A stretch of DNA of 64,000 nt, taken from Fonticula alba ATCC 38817. Taxonomy: Eukaryota; Protista; Nucleariida. Location: the NCBI GenBank assembly GCA_000388065.2, contig KB932202.1. The stretch is one strand, 5' to 3'. The position numbers and the translations under genes were made by a program. Positions 21,072 through 32,283 of the stretch are shown piece after piece (position 1 is the stretch's first letter; every line of letters starts with the position of its first letter). The notes beneath the pieces were generated by a model, which made no database searches, had not been told where the DNA came from, and saw only the letters and a program-made list of their open reading frames with translations.

Positions 21072-23621
21072 ATGACTGTGGAGAGTCTGAAGCAGCCTGA
21101 CCCGCAGGTGGACTCGCGCCATCCAGCTGTGGCGGGAACTGTGGCCGACTCCTTCGCCCTGTCCAACTCCCCGCAGCCGGCCCGCGCCAACTTCTCCCCT
21201 TACAGCCCGCACACCACTGCAGGCCTGCCCCCCGGCAGTGCCTCATCTCAGCAACACATCGACGCACTCAAGGGCCAGCTTGCTCAGCAGCAGATCGCCC
21301 CGCAGGGGGCCCTGCCCTCCTACCAAATCGCCACCCACCAGCAGACTGTATGTGTCACGCAGCAACATCCGATCCTGCGGCGCCCTGGCCCGAAGTGGCC
21401 TCTCGAATTCACTCGCTGACAAGCCTCGTGCCCTTTCTCTTTCCTCCTACCGCTCCCCCTCCCCCCCCCCCCCCCCTCCTGCCTGCTCTCTCCTCCCGGG
21501 CCACCCTCCAAAGACCATCCCCATGGAGAACATTCAGATGCAACATATCACTGGCGGCCCGAGCGATGGGGGGCCCGGCGGCAAGAGTGGCCTGCAGAAG
21601 GACACCAGCTCCCTGTCGCAGACCTTCCTCGATGATGAGTTTGTCCGCCTGAAGCACACCAAGGCTCGGGGTGGCCCGGGCGCCGCGGTCGGCCATGGGA
21701 CCCCCACCTCGAGCCCCTCCGTGGGGCGTATCTTCTCCGTGATCCTCTTTTATTGGATCATCTCCCTGTCTACGGTCTTCCTTAACAAGTACATTTTCAG
21801 GTACGTCACTCGGTCGATGGATCGAGGGGGACGACCCCTTGAGCGCGCCAATACGCACACCGACAAGGGCCAGGCAGCAAGGGGCCCGGAATGGGAAGAA
21901 CGCAAGAAGGTGCCGGACTGTGCCCCCCCCCCCCCCCTTTGGCTGACACGTTCTCCATTCCCAATACCAGCTCGGGTGAGATGCAGTTCTCCTATCCGCT
22001 GCTGGTCACTTGGTATCAGATTCTTTTTGCCCTGGCGGCTCTGACCGTGTGCGGTGAGCTTGGCAAGCGGTACGTGACCCCTCTCTCGGACCCGGGACCG
22101 CGCAAGTACACACATGCACATGGGACAAAGGAGGCCCGGAAGCCATGTGCAGGCATGGCTAGGGGCAGCAAAAAAAAAAAAGAAAAAGAAAAAAAAAGAA
22201 GCGTGACAGCGCTGTCAGTCTGCATGGGCTAACCACCTCGCCAATCAGGGTCCGCCTATTTTCGGCCGTCCCGCCGGTTCGCCTGAACCGCGTCAAGCTC
22301 CAGGCAATCATGCCCCTGACAGTGCTCTATGTCTTGATGCTGGCCCTGAACAACCTTTGCCTCAAGTATGTGGAGGTGACCTTCTACCAGGTGGCTCGGT
22401 CCTTGACCATTCCCTTCAGCATTGTCTTTGGCTTCCTGCTCCATGGCCAACGCACCAGCAAGGCGGCCCTGCTTACCAGCATGGTTGTGGTGGCTGGCTT
22501 CGTCCTTGGCGCCTATGGCGAGGTGCACTTCTCCTGGAGTGGGATTCTCTTCGGCGTCGGGGCCAGCGCTTGCGTGTCGCTGTATGGGCTCTTTGTCAAG
22601 CAGAAGCTCGCGGTTGTCGATGATAACGAATGGTATGTGTCCATTGCGGGCCAGAGCACGCCGGTAGCACTCACCGATCAGCAGCCTTCGGCCACCGGCC
22701 CACTGACACCGACGAAACCAACGTGCCCCGTGGCGCCGCCCGTGTGCCCGCCCGCCCGCCCGCCCGCCCGCCCTGCGCATGTGGCCCCCCTCGCCTCGCC
22801 CATTTTTTACCGGTGTCCATCGGTCCTGCCTCGCTGGGGCCCCTCCTGCTCCGGCCTCCCGAACCCGTGCATCCCGGGAAAAACAGGCTCCTGCAGGAGT
22901 ACAACACTGCCCTGGCCTCGGTCCTGATGATCCCCCTGATCATCCTCTCCGGCGAGTGGAACTCCTTGATGAACTCCCCGTCCGACCTGGCCATGCTCTA
23001 CATGCCCCGCTTCTGGGCCATCATGTCCATCACGGCCCTGGCTGGGTGGATGATCAACCTGGCCATGTTCCTGCAGATCAAGACAACCACCCCGCTGACC
23101 AACTCCATCAGTGGCACGGCCAAGGTGCGCGCTGGCGTCCGAGCGAGCCGAAACGGCCCCGCCCACTCGCATTGAGCCCGGGTGGGGCATGTGCGCCCAG
23201 ACAAACCGACACACAAACTGACATTGTACCGATATTCCCCGCCCCCCCCCCCCCCCCCCCCCCCCCCCTTGCCTCGTCGCCTTCCCGACTTGCGACGGGC
23301 ATCTGACAGTCCTGCGTGCAATCCCTCCTCGCTTGGATGATCTACAAGAACCCCGTTTCCGGAATGGTGCGCATCCTGACTCCTTTGGTGGCAGGTCTTC
23401 GCGGGGGGCCTTTGACGGCGTGGACTTCCAAGAATGGCACGCCCAACCACTCACATCCGGAGACACACCTTGCCGCTGGGGGCTGCTCGCTTGGTGGCCA
23501 AAAAAAAAAGAACTTCGCTGGGATTGTTCTTTCGCTGGTCGGCTCGTCGGCCTACTCCATGGTTCGGTACCGGGAGATGAAGCGCGCCGCAGCCCTAGCC
23601 AGCCGCCGTCGGCCAGAGTGA
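21072..23621 (+). CDS. SLC35C1: Nucleotide-sugar transporter, GDP-fucose transporter SLC35C1-like (7 exons)
   Basis: Exons 21072-21347, 21514-21800, 21971-22069, 22249-22632, 22887-23124, 23310-23366, 23511-23621. Motifs: FYWIISLSTVFLNKY, PLLVTWYQ, NNLCLKYVEVTFYQVARSLT, IKTTTPLTNSISGTAKSCVQ. An alternative start is ATG 21523. Confidence 0.82.
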
Positions 23622-24670
23622 GGCCCCTATCATGGGAATGCCGTGGCTCCCGGCAGATGGCCCGAAAGAAGGCGCATGCCGCGGGAGACAAGGACACCCG
23701 GAGGGATACAGTAGAGGAACACCGAGCGTGGGTGGTATCTTGCGACCAAGGAAGCCGCTTTTTTTTTCTTCAGGCCAAGATGGGGAAAAGCAACAGAAAG
23801 GAAGGGGAAAAACAATACCGCCATCCGAGTTGCGGAAATCCGCCTCCCCGCGGACACTCTNNNNNNNNNNNNNNNNNNNNNNNNNNNNNNNNNNNNNNNN
23901 NNNNNNNNNNNNNNNNNNNNNNNNNNNNNNNNNNNNNNNNNNNNNNNNNNNNNNNNNNNNNNNNNNNNNNNNNNNNNNNNNNNNNNNNNNNNNNNNNNNN
24001 NNNNNNNNNNNNNNNNNNNNNNNNNNNNNNNNNNNNNNNNNNNNNNNNNNNNNNNNNNNNNNNNNNNNNNNNNNNNNNNNNNNNNNNNNNNNNNNNNNNN
24101 NNNNNNNNNNNNNNNNNNNNNNNNNNNNNNNNNNNNNNNNNNNNNNNNNNNNNNNNNNNNNNNNNNNNNNNNNNNNNNNNNNNNNNNNNNNNNNNNNNNN
24201 NNNNNNNNNNNNNNNNNNNNNNNNNNNNNNNNNNNNNNNNNNNNNNNNNNNNNNNNNNNNNNNNNNNNNNNNNNNNNNNNNNNNNNNNNNNNNNNNNNNN
24301 NNNNNNNNNNNNNNNNNNNNNNNNNNNNNNNNNNNNNNNNNNNNNNNNNNNNNNNNNNNNNNNNNNNNNNNNNNNNNNNNNNNNNNNNNNNNNNNNNNNN
24401 NNNNNNNNNNNNNNNNNNNNNNNNNNNNNNNNNNNNNNNNNNNNGGCAGCAGCACGAAATGGGAGGAGTTGCAGCGGGGCGCACACAAACACACAGGCAA
24501 CATATGTGAGCATGTGAGGGGAATAACAGCACAGGGGAAGTCCCCCGCGGTCGCAGTTTCTCCAAGGCCAGATCAAGGGCAGGGGAGGGCATTTGCCCGC
24601 ACCCCCCCCCCCAAAGGGCAGGGGAGGGGCGCGGGGGAAGGGCAAGCAGCGGGACACCGGCCGGGACCAA

Positions 24671-25872
24671 TTAGTTGGTCGGGGCAGCGGCACCGCCGAA
24701 GGCAGCCTGGGACAGCTTGAAGAACTTGGCCGAGTCGAAGATGGACGAGGCGCGGCCCCAGACGGTGCCGGCCGGCTGGGCGGCATCCAGACCAACATGC
24801 AGGCCACGGCTGCGGTAGTAGTCGATGACCGGAACGGTCTGCTTGTGGTACTCGCCGAGGCGATGCTTGAGCGAATCAACATTGTCGTCCGAGCGGTGCA
24901 TCAGGGGCTCGCCAGTGATCTGTGAACGACAGAGGGGTAGGGAGGGAGGGTGAGGAGGAGTCGGCGTGTTGGCGGAAGAGACACAAGTGACATATCACCG
25001 AAGGGGAAAGGGGATACACATGTGCGCGTGCGTGTGCATGTGCGTGTGCGTACGTCATCAAGGCCCTCGACCTTGGGCGGGGCGAACTCGACATGGTAGC
25101 TACGACCACTGGCCTTGTGGATCAGACGACCGGTGATACGGCGAACCAGCAGGCTGTCGTCGATCTTGAACTCGACGACGCGATCGAGCTTCTGGTTACG
25201 GGTCTCCAGCAGGGCGTCGAGCTGGGGGCACCAACACGACAAGAGATGGGGTACGGTCGGGAGATGGGGAGTTGGAGAGAGAGAGAGAGAGGGAGAGAGA
25301 AGAAGAAGACAGTGAGTTACCCATGCACATCGGGAGCCATGGGCTGGGAGGAGGGAGGGGGAGGGAGGGCAGGGGCAGGCGCGAGAAGCGGACCTTCTGG
25401 GCCTGGACAACGGTGCGAGGGAAGCCATCAAGAACAAAGCCACCGCTGCACTCGGGGCTATCCAGGTTCTCAGCAATCAGCTGGACAACCAGGTCGTCGG
25501 AGACAAGGCCGCCGGCGTCCATGACCGCCTGAAGGCAAGGAAGAGGAAGGGGTGGAGACGGGGGAGAGAGAGAGAGAGAGCGCGCGCGGAGAACGGAAGG
25601 GTCAGTGTCAGGGCAAGAGTCGGATTTGGCAAGCCAGAAGCATGGGGGATCCCCGCCCCCCCGCCCCTGCTACATCGACAGAAGGGGCGCACCTTGGCCT
25701 GGAGGCCGACCTCGGTGCCGGCAGAGACGGCCGCACGGAGCATGTCACCGGTGGCCAGGTGGCAGACGCAGTAGCGGTCCACCAGGCGAGGAGACTGAGT
25801 GCCCTTGCCGGAGCCCGGCGGGCCGATGACAATGGCGCGGATGCCCTCCTGAGTGGAGGCGGGGGCGGACAT
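24671..25872 (-). CDS. AK2: Adenylate kinase 2 (AK2/Adk1 type, LID domain), 4 exons
   Basis: Exons 25872-25693, 25528-25394, 25221-25054, 24919-24671. Motifs: [11 protein letters not shown]-loop, [48 protein letters not shown]. Confidence 0.95.
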
Positions 25873-27348
25873 GCTGATCGTAGCGCGCAGGGCAAGAGAC
25901 GGGCGTTAGGAGGGGGAAATGGGGGTGAGAGGGCAAAAGGGGGCAGCATGGCGCCGGCGGAGGAAGAAGAGGGCGGAGACGGGGAAACACCGGCAAGGCA
26001 GAGAGAGAGAGAGAGAGAGAAACACAGAGCCAAAGCGAGGGAGAGAGAGAGAGAGAGAGAAAGACGGGGATGGTGCGAATGGCGGAGGGCAACAAAGGCG
26101 GGACCCGTACGTGGCGGAAGGAGTGGGAGGGGGGGAGGGGGAGGGGAAGAGTTAAGACATATTGTCTAGGAGGGCGCCTACCTGGCAGATCGAGGGCGGG
26201 TTCCCAACTATGTGTGCAGACAGGCGCGACACGCGAGGCGCCAGGCACCGTGGCAGAAGCCAACAAACAAGTAGGTGGACGTACGGCGAGGCAGCATGGG
26301 AGGGGGCAGGGAGGTGCAATTCACTGCCGCCGCCCCCCCCCCCCCCTGCGGACGCCTGCAATGCCCTCCTCACTTGCACATCCGTGTGATGTGCTCTCTA
26401 GTGAACGACCAAAACGAAACTCGGGGGGACGTGGTCCTTCCCCCCCCCCCCCTCCCCCCCGACCGCCCCTTCCCCCCAGCCCCGCCTGACCCTTGCAGGA
26501 ACTAGTGAATGGTGCGCATCGGCCCCCGGGTCCGGATGAAAAATCGAGCTTTGAGCGGCCCATCGGCGAGTGGTCACCCCAGCCAGCATGCCCGCCCGGA
26601 AGCAGGCTCCTTCTTGCGGGAAAAAGGGAGGGAAAGCCGGCCCCCGTTCTCCACACGACTCCGTGGAAAGAGCCGAAGGACCACACAGCAACTGCCGCTG
26701 GCTTCTTCCCCCCTCCTTGGGGGCATCCCCTCGATGTCGGGCAGAAGGGCGGCTCTCCCCTCCACCAACAGGGGGAGGAGGGAGGCCCGGCGCACGCCCA
26801 TGAACGCCAGAACGACGCACCAGGCCCACCGCGCCCGGAAATGAGCGATAGCCATTAGGTTTTCTAAACCCTTTCTCCGGCCTGGGGGTTGCATTGTCTC
26901 CGCTCTCGGGAGGCCACCGAGCGAGCGCCAGCCAAGAGTGGGCGGTTGCCGCGCCCATGGCCCGGGGGACGCGCCGTGGTACGCTGTTTACTCCCGCCCC
27001 TTTTTCGCAGCGTGTCCACTGTCAGTAGCTACCCTGAACGGGCAGAAGGAGGATCAAATGGATTATTTAAATTGATCACACCCCGACATAGGTGTGATTG
27101 TACAGCTCTCTGTCTTTTTTGGCGAGACGTCGTCGACAACGTTCCCCCGTAACTTGCCCCGCGCTCTGGCGGAGATCTGCTAGCCGGGACAGATCGCCTC
27201 GAACCCTCGCCGGCGGTCAACCCCAGGATCGGCCGCCGGCCCTCGCTCTTCGCGCCTGCTTGTCCCCCGCCCCCCCCCCTGGGCCCCGGCGTCCCGCCCC
27301 CCCCCCCCTCCCCCTACAGCCAAGAGTGTTCGCCAGCTGTCCGCCCAC

Positions 27349-30300
27349 ATGGGCTACCCCTCAGGCACCTACCACTGTTGGGCTCTCCTCGACTTGGGCC
27401 TGCCTCTGTCCGTGGAGGCCAAAACATCCTCGTCCTGTCCTTCGCCCTGCTTGCGCTGCACATTGGCCAGACTCGGGGCCGCTCAAACAGACACCGCGCA
27501 TGCCCAACTCATGGGGCAATCTGAACATGAAGATCCAATCAGCGAAGCTGCTCCCGACGCGGACGCAATCACAGACACNNNNNNNNNNNNNNNNNNNNNN
27601 NNNNNNNNNNNNNNNNNNNNNNNNNNNNNNNNNNNNNNNNNNNNNNNNNNNNNNNNNNNNNNNNNNNNNNNNNGACGATCACAATTGGTGCCTCCAGAGG
27701 GCTTGTGTCTCCGCCATTCTCCCCGGCTGGCTGGCCGATTGTCTTGGGTTGCGCTGGCGAAGAGAGCGGCCTGTCTGCGCACCTCAGGGGGGGACCTAGA
27801 TGCCAGTGCGCTGGCGGCCCAGGGTACCACCTCCAGCATCATCCCTCCTCTCCCCCCTCCTTCCCTTCCTCTCTCTCTCTCCCTCTCTCCCCCCCTCCCT
27901 CCCTTCCTCACCCCCGGCCCAGGGATCTCCCTACACTCGATCTTCGGCCCCCGCCCCGTCTCCCCCCCCCCTGCCCATGTACCTCCTCTCTCCCTCTCCT
28001 CCTTCCCCGCATACACCTTCTCGCCTCTCTGTCCCTGCTCACTCTCGGAACTGACACGCCCTGTGCCCTTCCGCAGTCAGGTGAATGTCTCATCGAACAT
28101 GGGCTCCCTACCCCCCCTCCCAGCCCTCTCTCACTCGCTGATGAGCAACAGTCCCTTTGCCAGCCGCATGCTCAGCACGGTTCCCTCGCCCTTGCAACGC
28201 TCCGAGTCGGCTCCGGTGTCCGCGTCGCCGGCCATGTCCCCTGGAGCCGGCTCGACCGAGGCCCCGACTGCCCCGGCCTCCGCCGCTCCCCTTCGGCCCC
28301 TGGACAGCCTGTTCAGCGCCCACATGCCTGCCCCGACAGATACCGCGTCCCTGGCCACCTCGGAGACCCAGAAGCCCCCTCCCGAGGCTGCCGATGTCGA
28401 GGGCGACCGCATTGTCACCGGTTCCAGCACTGTGACCCCCTCGCTGGGCCCTTTCGACCTGCTGGCCGGGGACACTGCCGCCCCTGTGGCCCTGACGACT
28501 CCCAGTGCTGCCAATGCCCCGGCCGAGCCGGCCCCCCTGCTGGCGACTCCGACCCCGCCTGGCTCTTCCTCCGGCAGTAACAGCGCCCTCGACCAAAGTG
28601 CCCTGTCTTCCTCCTCGAACCGCGTGTCGCGCCTGTTCGCGGCGCAGCCCACCTCCACGGGCAACTCGCGGTCTGGTTCCCCCGGTCCGGCGTCTGCTTC
28701 TCTCCTCTCGGAGCCCTCCTCCGGGGAAGGCCGCTCGCTGGCCGGCGATGACAATGCCCCTCGCCCGGATGCCTCAATTGAGCAGCAGCAGCAGCAGCAG
28801 CACCACCAGCAGCAGCCGATGTCCGGCCTGGACGCGCAGCCGCCGAGCCCCCAGCCCGATGACGCCAGCGGTCTGGCGTCCCCCTCACAGACGAGCCTGG
28901 CTGCGGCCTTGACCGGCCCGTCGGGCCTTGCCAGCATCGATCTGTCCACTATGTCGGCCACTTCGCCGATCATCACCACCACCACCATCACCGAGCCTGT
29001 TGGCGACCTGAACCAGCTGGCGGCCTTCCTGCTGCGGGAGATCCAGCAGGGACAGACGGCCTACACCCGGGACGCCCTGTTGCCCATCTGCTTCCAGCTG
29101 TCGGATCACGCATCCACCGGCCTTCGGGACCTCTTTAGCCGGCTGCTGACCATCATGGAGGATGCCATCGACAAGCGCTTTGCCATGGCCAACCAAACCA
29201 CCCTGGATACCAGCATCCCGCTGGCAGACATCCAGCGGTCCACCAAGCGCCTGCAGGAGGACAATGTTCGCCTGGCGACCTCGCTGTCGGCCATTCAACA
29301 GGCTTTGCAGGCCGGCAGTGTCACGGCCGGCAGCGACCAGCAGTTCGACATGACCGAAGCGGCCACGGGCTCGACCATGGCCGACATCATGGGCAAGTTG
29401 GAGGCCCTAAGCACGCATGTGACCGACCTGCGCAATTCGATGGCCGACCATAGCCGGCGGATTGACTTCGTCACGTCCAAGCTGTCGCCCATCATTTCCC
29501 CGGGCAGCCAGTCGCCACTGGGGGACCTGTTCCGTCGCGCGGCGACCGACGCCGTACCGGCTGATGCTCCGCTCGATCCGTGGACCGGGGCGTCCCTTCC
29601 GCGGCAGGGCGGCCCTGCGGTGGTGCCTGCCCCGCTGAGGGAGTCCCTGGCTCAGACGCAGCAGCCCCCCTCGACAATGCGTGCCGCCGCTCCGACTACC
29701 CCAACCGCTGATGCTGGCGTCGGCGGGCATTCTTTCTTCTCGAGCCCGGCCATCCGGTTGCTCGATGAGCTGGCCCGGCGTCGGCCGGCCGCTCTCTTCC
29801 TGGACACCTTTGTCCAGGTCTTTAATGACCCCCAGAATGGCCACATGCGGCCGGCGCTGCTGTTCCGGTACTTTGGCGAGGAGGATGCCGAGGATGATGG
29901 ATCCATCGCGGTCGGGGACGAGCCGATGCAGCTTCACCTGTCCCCTGGGCAGCTGCTCGGTTTGCCGGCTGACTGGGCCTCGCTCGAGGAGGTGCCCAAG
30001 CAGGCTCCCCCCTCGCGCTCCCTGCGTCCGGTGGTGGCCATCCTGTGTGGCGGCTTGCCGAGCCTTGGCCCGGATCGCGCGGTGCGTACACACCGCCACT
30101 TGCCGCCTGGCGGCCTTCCCCAACAACCTGCATGCGCGCCGCGTGTATTTTCTCGCCCCCCTCCTCTCTCTCTCTCGCCCTGTCCTTCGCCTTCTTTTCC
30201 CTCCCTTGCCCTTCACACAGCCGACAAAGATGCTAACCTGGCCACTCCGCGTGACGCCATGTGTCCGCACGCACTCCCTTGTCATGATCTCCAGGCCGCC

Positions 30301-30462
30301 TGGTTGGCGCCGATGGTCGCCATCATTGCCCGCCGGGGGGACCCGCGGCCGCACGCCCTGCACGCCTTCTGGGCCAGTATTCTGCCATTGATCGCGGCAG
30401 ACAGCGCCCTGTCGGACTCGCTGGCCTATGTGGAGCAGCTCATCCGAGTGGCCATGCAGTGA
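27349..30462 (+). CDS. Hypothetical protein: Ser/Pro/Ala-rich region, coiled coil and C-terminal helical domain; 5' exon structure uncertain
   Basis: Coding-like open frame 28081-30081, probable in-frame intron 30082-30294 (GTGCGT...GCTAAC...CAG), last exon 30295-30462. The upstream part crosses an N gap and a C/T-rich intron-like tract (~27824-28080). Confidence 0.6.
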   Translation: MGYPSGTYHCWALLDLGLPLSVEAKTSSSCPSPCLRCTLARLGAAQTDTAHAQLMGQSEHEDPISEAAPDADAITDXXXXXXXXXXXXXXXXXXXXXXXXXXXXXXXXXRSQLVPPEGLCLRHSPRLAGRLSWVALAKRAACLRTSGGDLDASALAAQGTTSSIIPPLPPPSLPLSLSLSPPLPPFLTPGPGISLHSIFGPRPVSPPPAHVPPLSLSSFPAYTFSPLCPCSLSELTRPVPFRSQVNVSSNMGSLPPLPALSHSLMSNSPFASRMLSTVPSPLQRSESAPVSASPAMSPGAGSTEAPTAPASAAPLRPLDSLFSAHMPAPTDTASLATSETQKPPPEAADVEGDRIVTGSSTVTPSLGPFDLLAGDTAAPVALTTPSAANAPAEPAPLLATPTPPGSSSGSNSALDQSALSSSSNRVSRLFAAQPTSTGNSRSGSPGPASASLLSEPSSGEGRSLAGDDNAPRPDASIEQQQQQQHHQQQPMSGLDAQPPSPQPDDASGLASPSQTSLAAALTGPSGLASIDLSTMSATSPIITTTTITEPVGDLNQLAAFLLREIQQGQTAYTRDALLPICFQLSDHASTGLRDLFSRLLTIMEDAIDKRFAMANQTTLDTSIPLADIQRSTKRLQEDNVRLATSLSAIQQALQAGSVTAGSDQQFDMTEAATGSTMADIMGKLEALSTHVTDLRNSMADHSRRIDFVTSKLSPIISPGSQSPLGDLFRRAATDAVPADAPLDPWTGASLPRQGGPAVVPAPLRESLAQTQQPPSTMRAAAPTTPTADAGVGGHSFFSSPAIRLLDELARRRPAALFLDTFVQVFNDPQNGHMRPALLFRYFGEEDAEDDGSIAVGDEPMQLHLSPGQLLGLPADWASLEEVPKQAPPSRSLRPVVAILCGGLPSLGPDRAVRTHRHLPPGGLPQQPACAPRVFSRPPPLSLSPCPSPSFPSLALHTADKDANLATPRDAMCPHALPCHDLQAAWLAPMVAIIARRGDPRPHALHAFWASILPLIAADSALSDSLAYVEQLIRVAMQ

Positions 30463-32283
30463 GGGGGGCGGGCAGGCAAGGGGGTGGGTCTGAGTAAATG
30501 TGGGCGCCGCCGCATGTGCATACAATACATCCCCGTCGCTGGTGTGTCTATGTGTGTCGTGCGTGCAAGTCCTCAAGCAAGCCGCAGGGGTGGGGGCGGG
30601 GGAGCCACGGCCACTTTGAGGCCTGGCTGCCGCAGTGGCTACCTCCCTCGCGAGCTTGCTTGGCGTGCGCCTCCCCCCCCCCCCCCCCCCCCCCCCCCGG
30701 TCCCCAGTCGCCCGCCTTGGGCCGTTCCCCACATATGTTCCCTCGAAGATCTATCTGGTCCTAAAGTGCCTCATGGGCTCCGTAGCAAGGAAAGTACCCT
30801 GCTCCTGGATTCTCTTTCTCTCTCTCTCTGGGGGCCCCCCCCCCCCCCCCCCCCCCTGACTTCCCTCCTTGTGACTGGGAGGGAGAAATATAGATGTCCC
30901 CATCCTCCCCCGCGTGCCCATGTTGGTGTGCCGTGCGTATGTTCCCTTGTTGACGCGGTTGCTGTTGCGACCCCGTCTCCTCCGGTGCCCTTCTTCTGTG
31001 TCGACCTCCCCCCCCCCCCCTTGAACTGTGTGAGCCCCCAGATTGACCCTGCCCAGGAGATCGGGCCCGGCCCCGCGGGCGCACCAAAAGTCCCACCGAG
31101 GGCTCGGCTTGCTCGCGGGTCATAGGGCATGCTCACATGCTCTATCGATAGAAAGTACTTTCGCCTAAACCTAAAGACGACGTATTCGCAATCGAATTGC
31201 CGAAAATCCCCTTGTCAGCGGGGGGGCAGAGAGCAGAAGTTGAACCCTAATATTCGGGCCAGGCGGGCTGCCTGCTCTCGGGTGTGCCTGGGCATATGTG
31301 GGCCTTTTTTTTTTTTTTTTCGATGGGTGTGTGCGTGTGCATGTGCATGTGTAACTTCACGCCCGCCAGACGGTGTTGCCCGGTGTCAGGGCCTGTGACC
31401 GGGCTACCCCCGGTTCCTGGGCCAGCTCGTCCTGGACCCTCTCCGTCCAGAGGAGGATCTCCCGTCGGGATTGATCCTCCGAACCACTTACGCGGGGCGG
31501 GGTGGAGGGCGAGAAAGGGGATCACCACATGCTCGGCTGGCGCGGGGCGATATGGATTCACGTTCCCCCCCTGGAAACACAGAGGCATTTTCCCCCGCCC
31601 TTGTCCCCGGCCTGTTCCTCTCCTTCAAAGCCTTTCTGGGGAGGGGGGGGTGGTGGCAGCCATGTGTCCCGCGACTCCAGGATACGGGAGGGAACGATGG
31701 GCCTCAAATAATAGGGTCGCCCCCAGGGCCGAAGAGATGTCCATGCGAGCTCGCCCCCCCCCCGCCCTCCCGCTCCTTCCACCCATGCTCAGGTGCTGGG
31801 GGGGGGTAGGCGGGGGAGGGGGGACGGGCACTCCCTCGCATCATGGTTTTAGCACGCCCCCAGGCCCTGGGAAAAGGCGGGATTTACGTTTCCCCAGACC
31901 TAGGGAACATCCCCCCCCCCGCAAGGGGCGTGTCTTGGCAGGGCCGAGACTCCAGTTTCGTTTCCCGCAGGCAACCGACCGACCGACCTCACGCCCGGGG
32001 TTCCGGCCGACCGATACGAAAGGCTTTTCTCAGCCCCAAGAACCGCTGCCCAGGCCACCCTCGGGCCAAGCAACACCAGTCCTCCTCTCCCCCTCCTCCT
32101 TTTGCGACGACTGCCTCTGTTGTATGCCCCACACGCTCCTCCCTCCCCCATCCGTCCCTCCCCTCCCACTCCTGCTCCTGTCGTCTGTCTTCTCTCCCTC
32201 CCTTCCCTCCTTCTCTTCACCCTCCCCCCCCCCTCATCCCCCTCCTCCTCTTGCCCGCTGACACGCCCTTCAGCCCCCCAACC

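Noticed and set aside
31243-31250. AACCCTAA as a possible telomerase template or telobox
   Set aside because: A single 8-mer is expected by chance in 64 kb, with no supporting structure.
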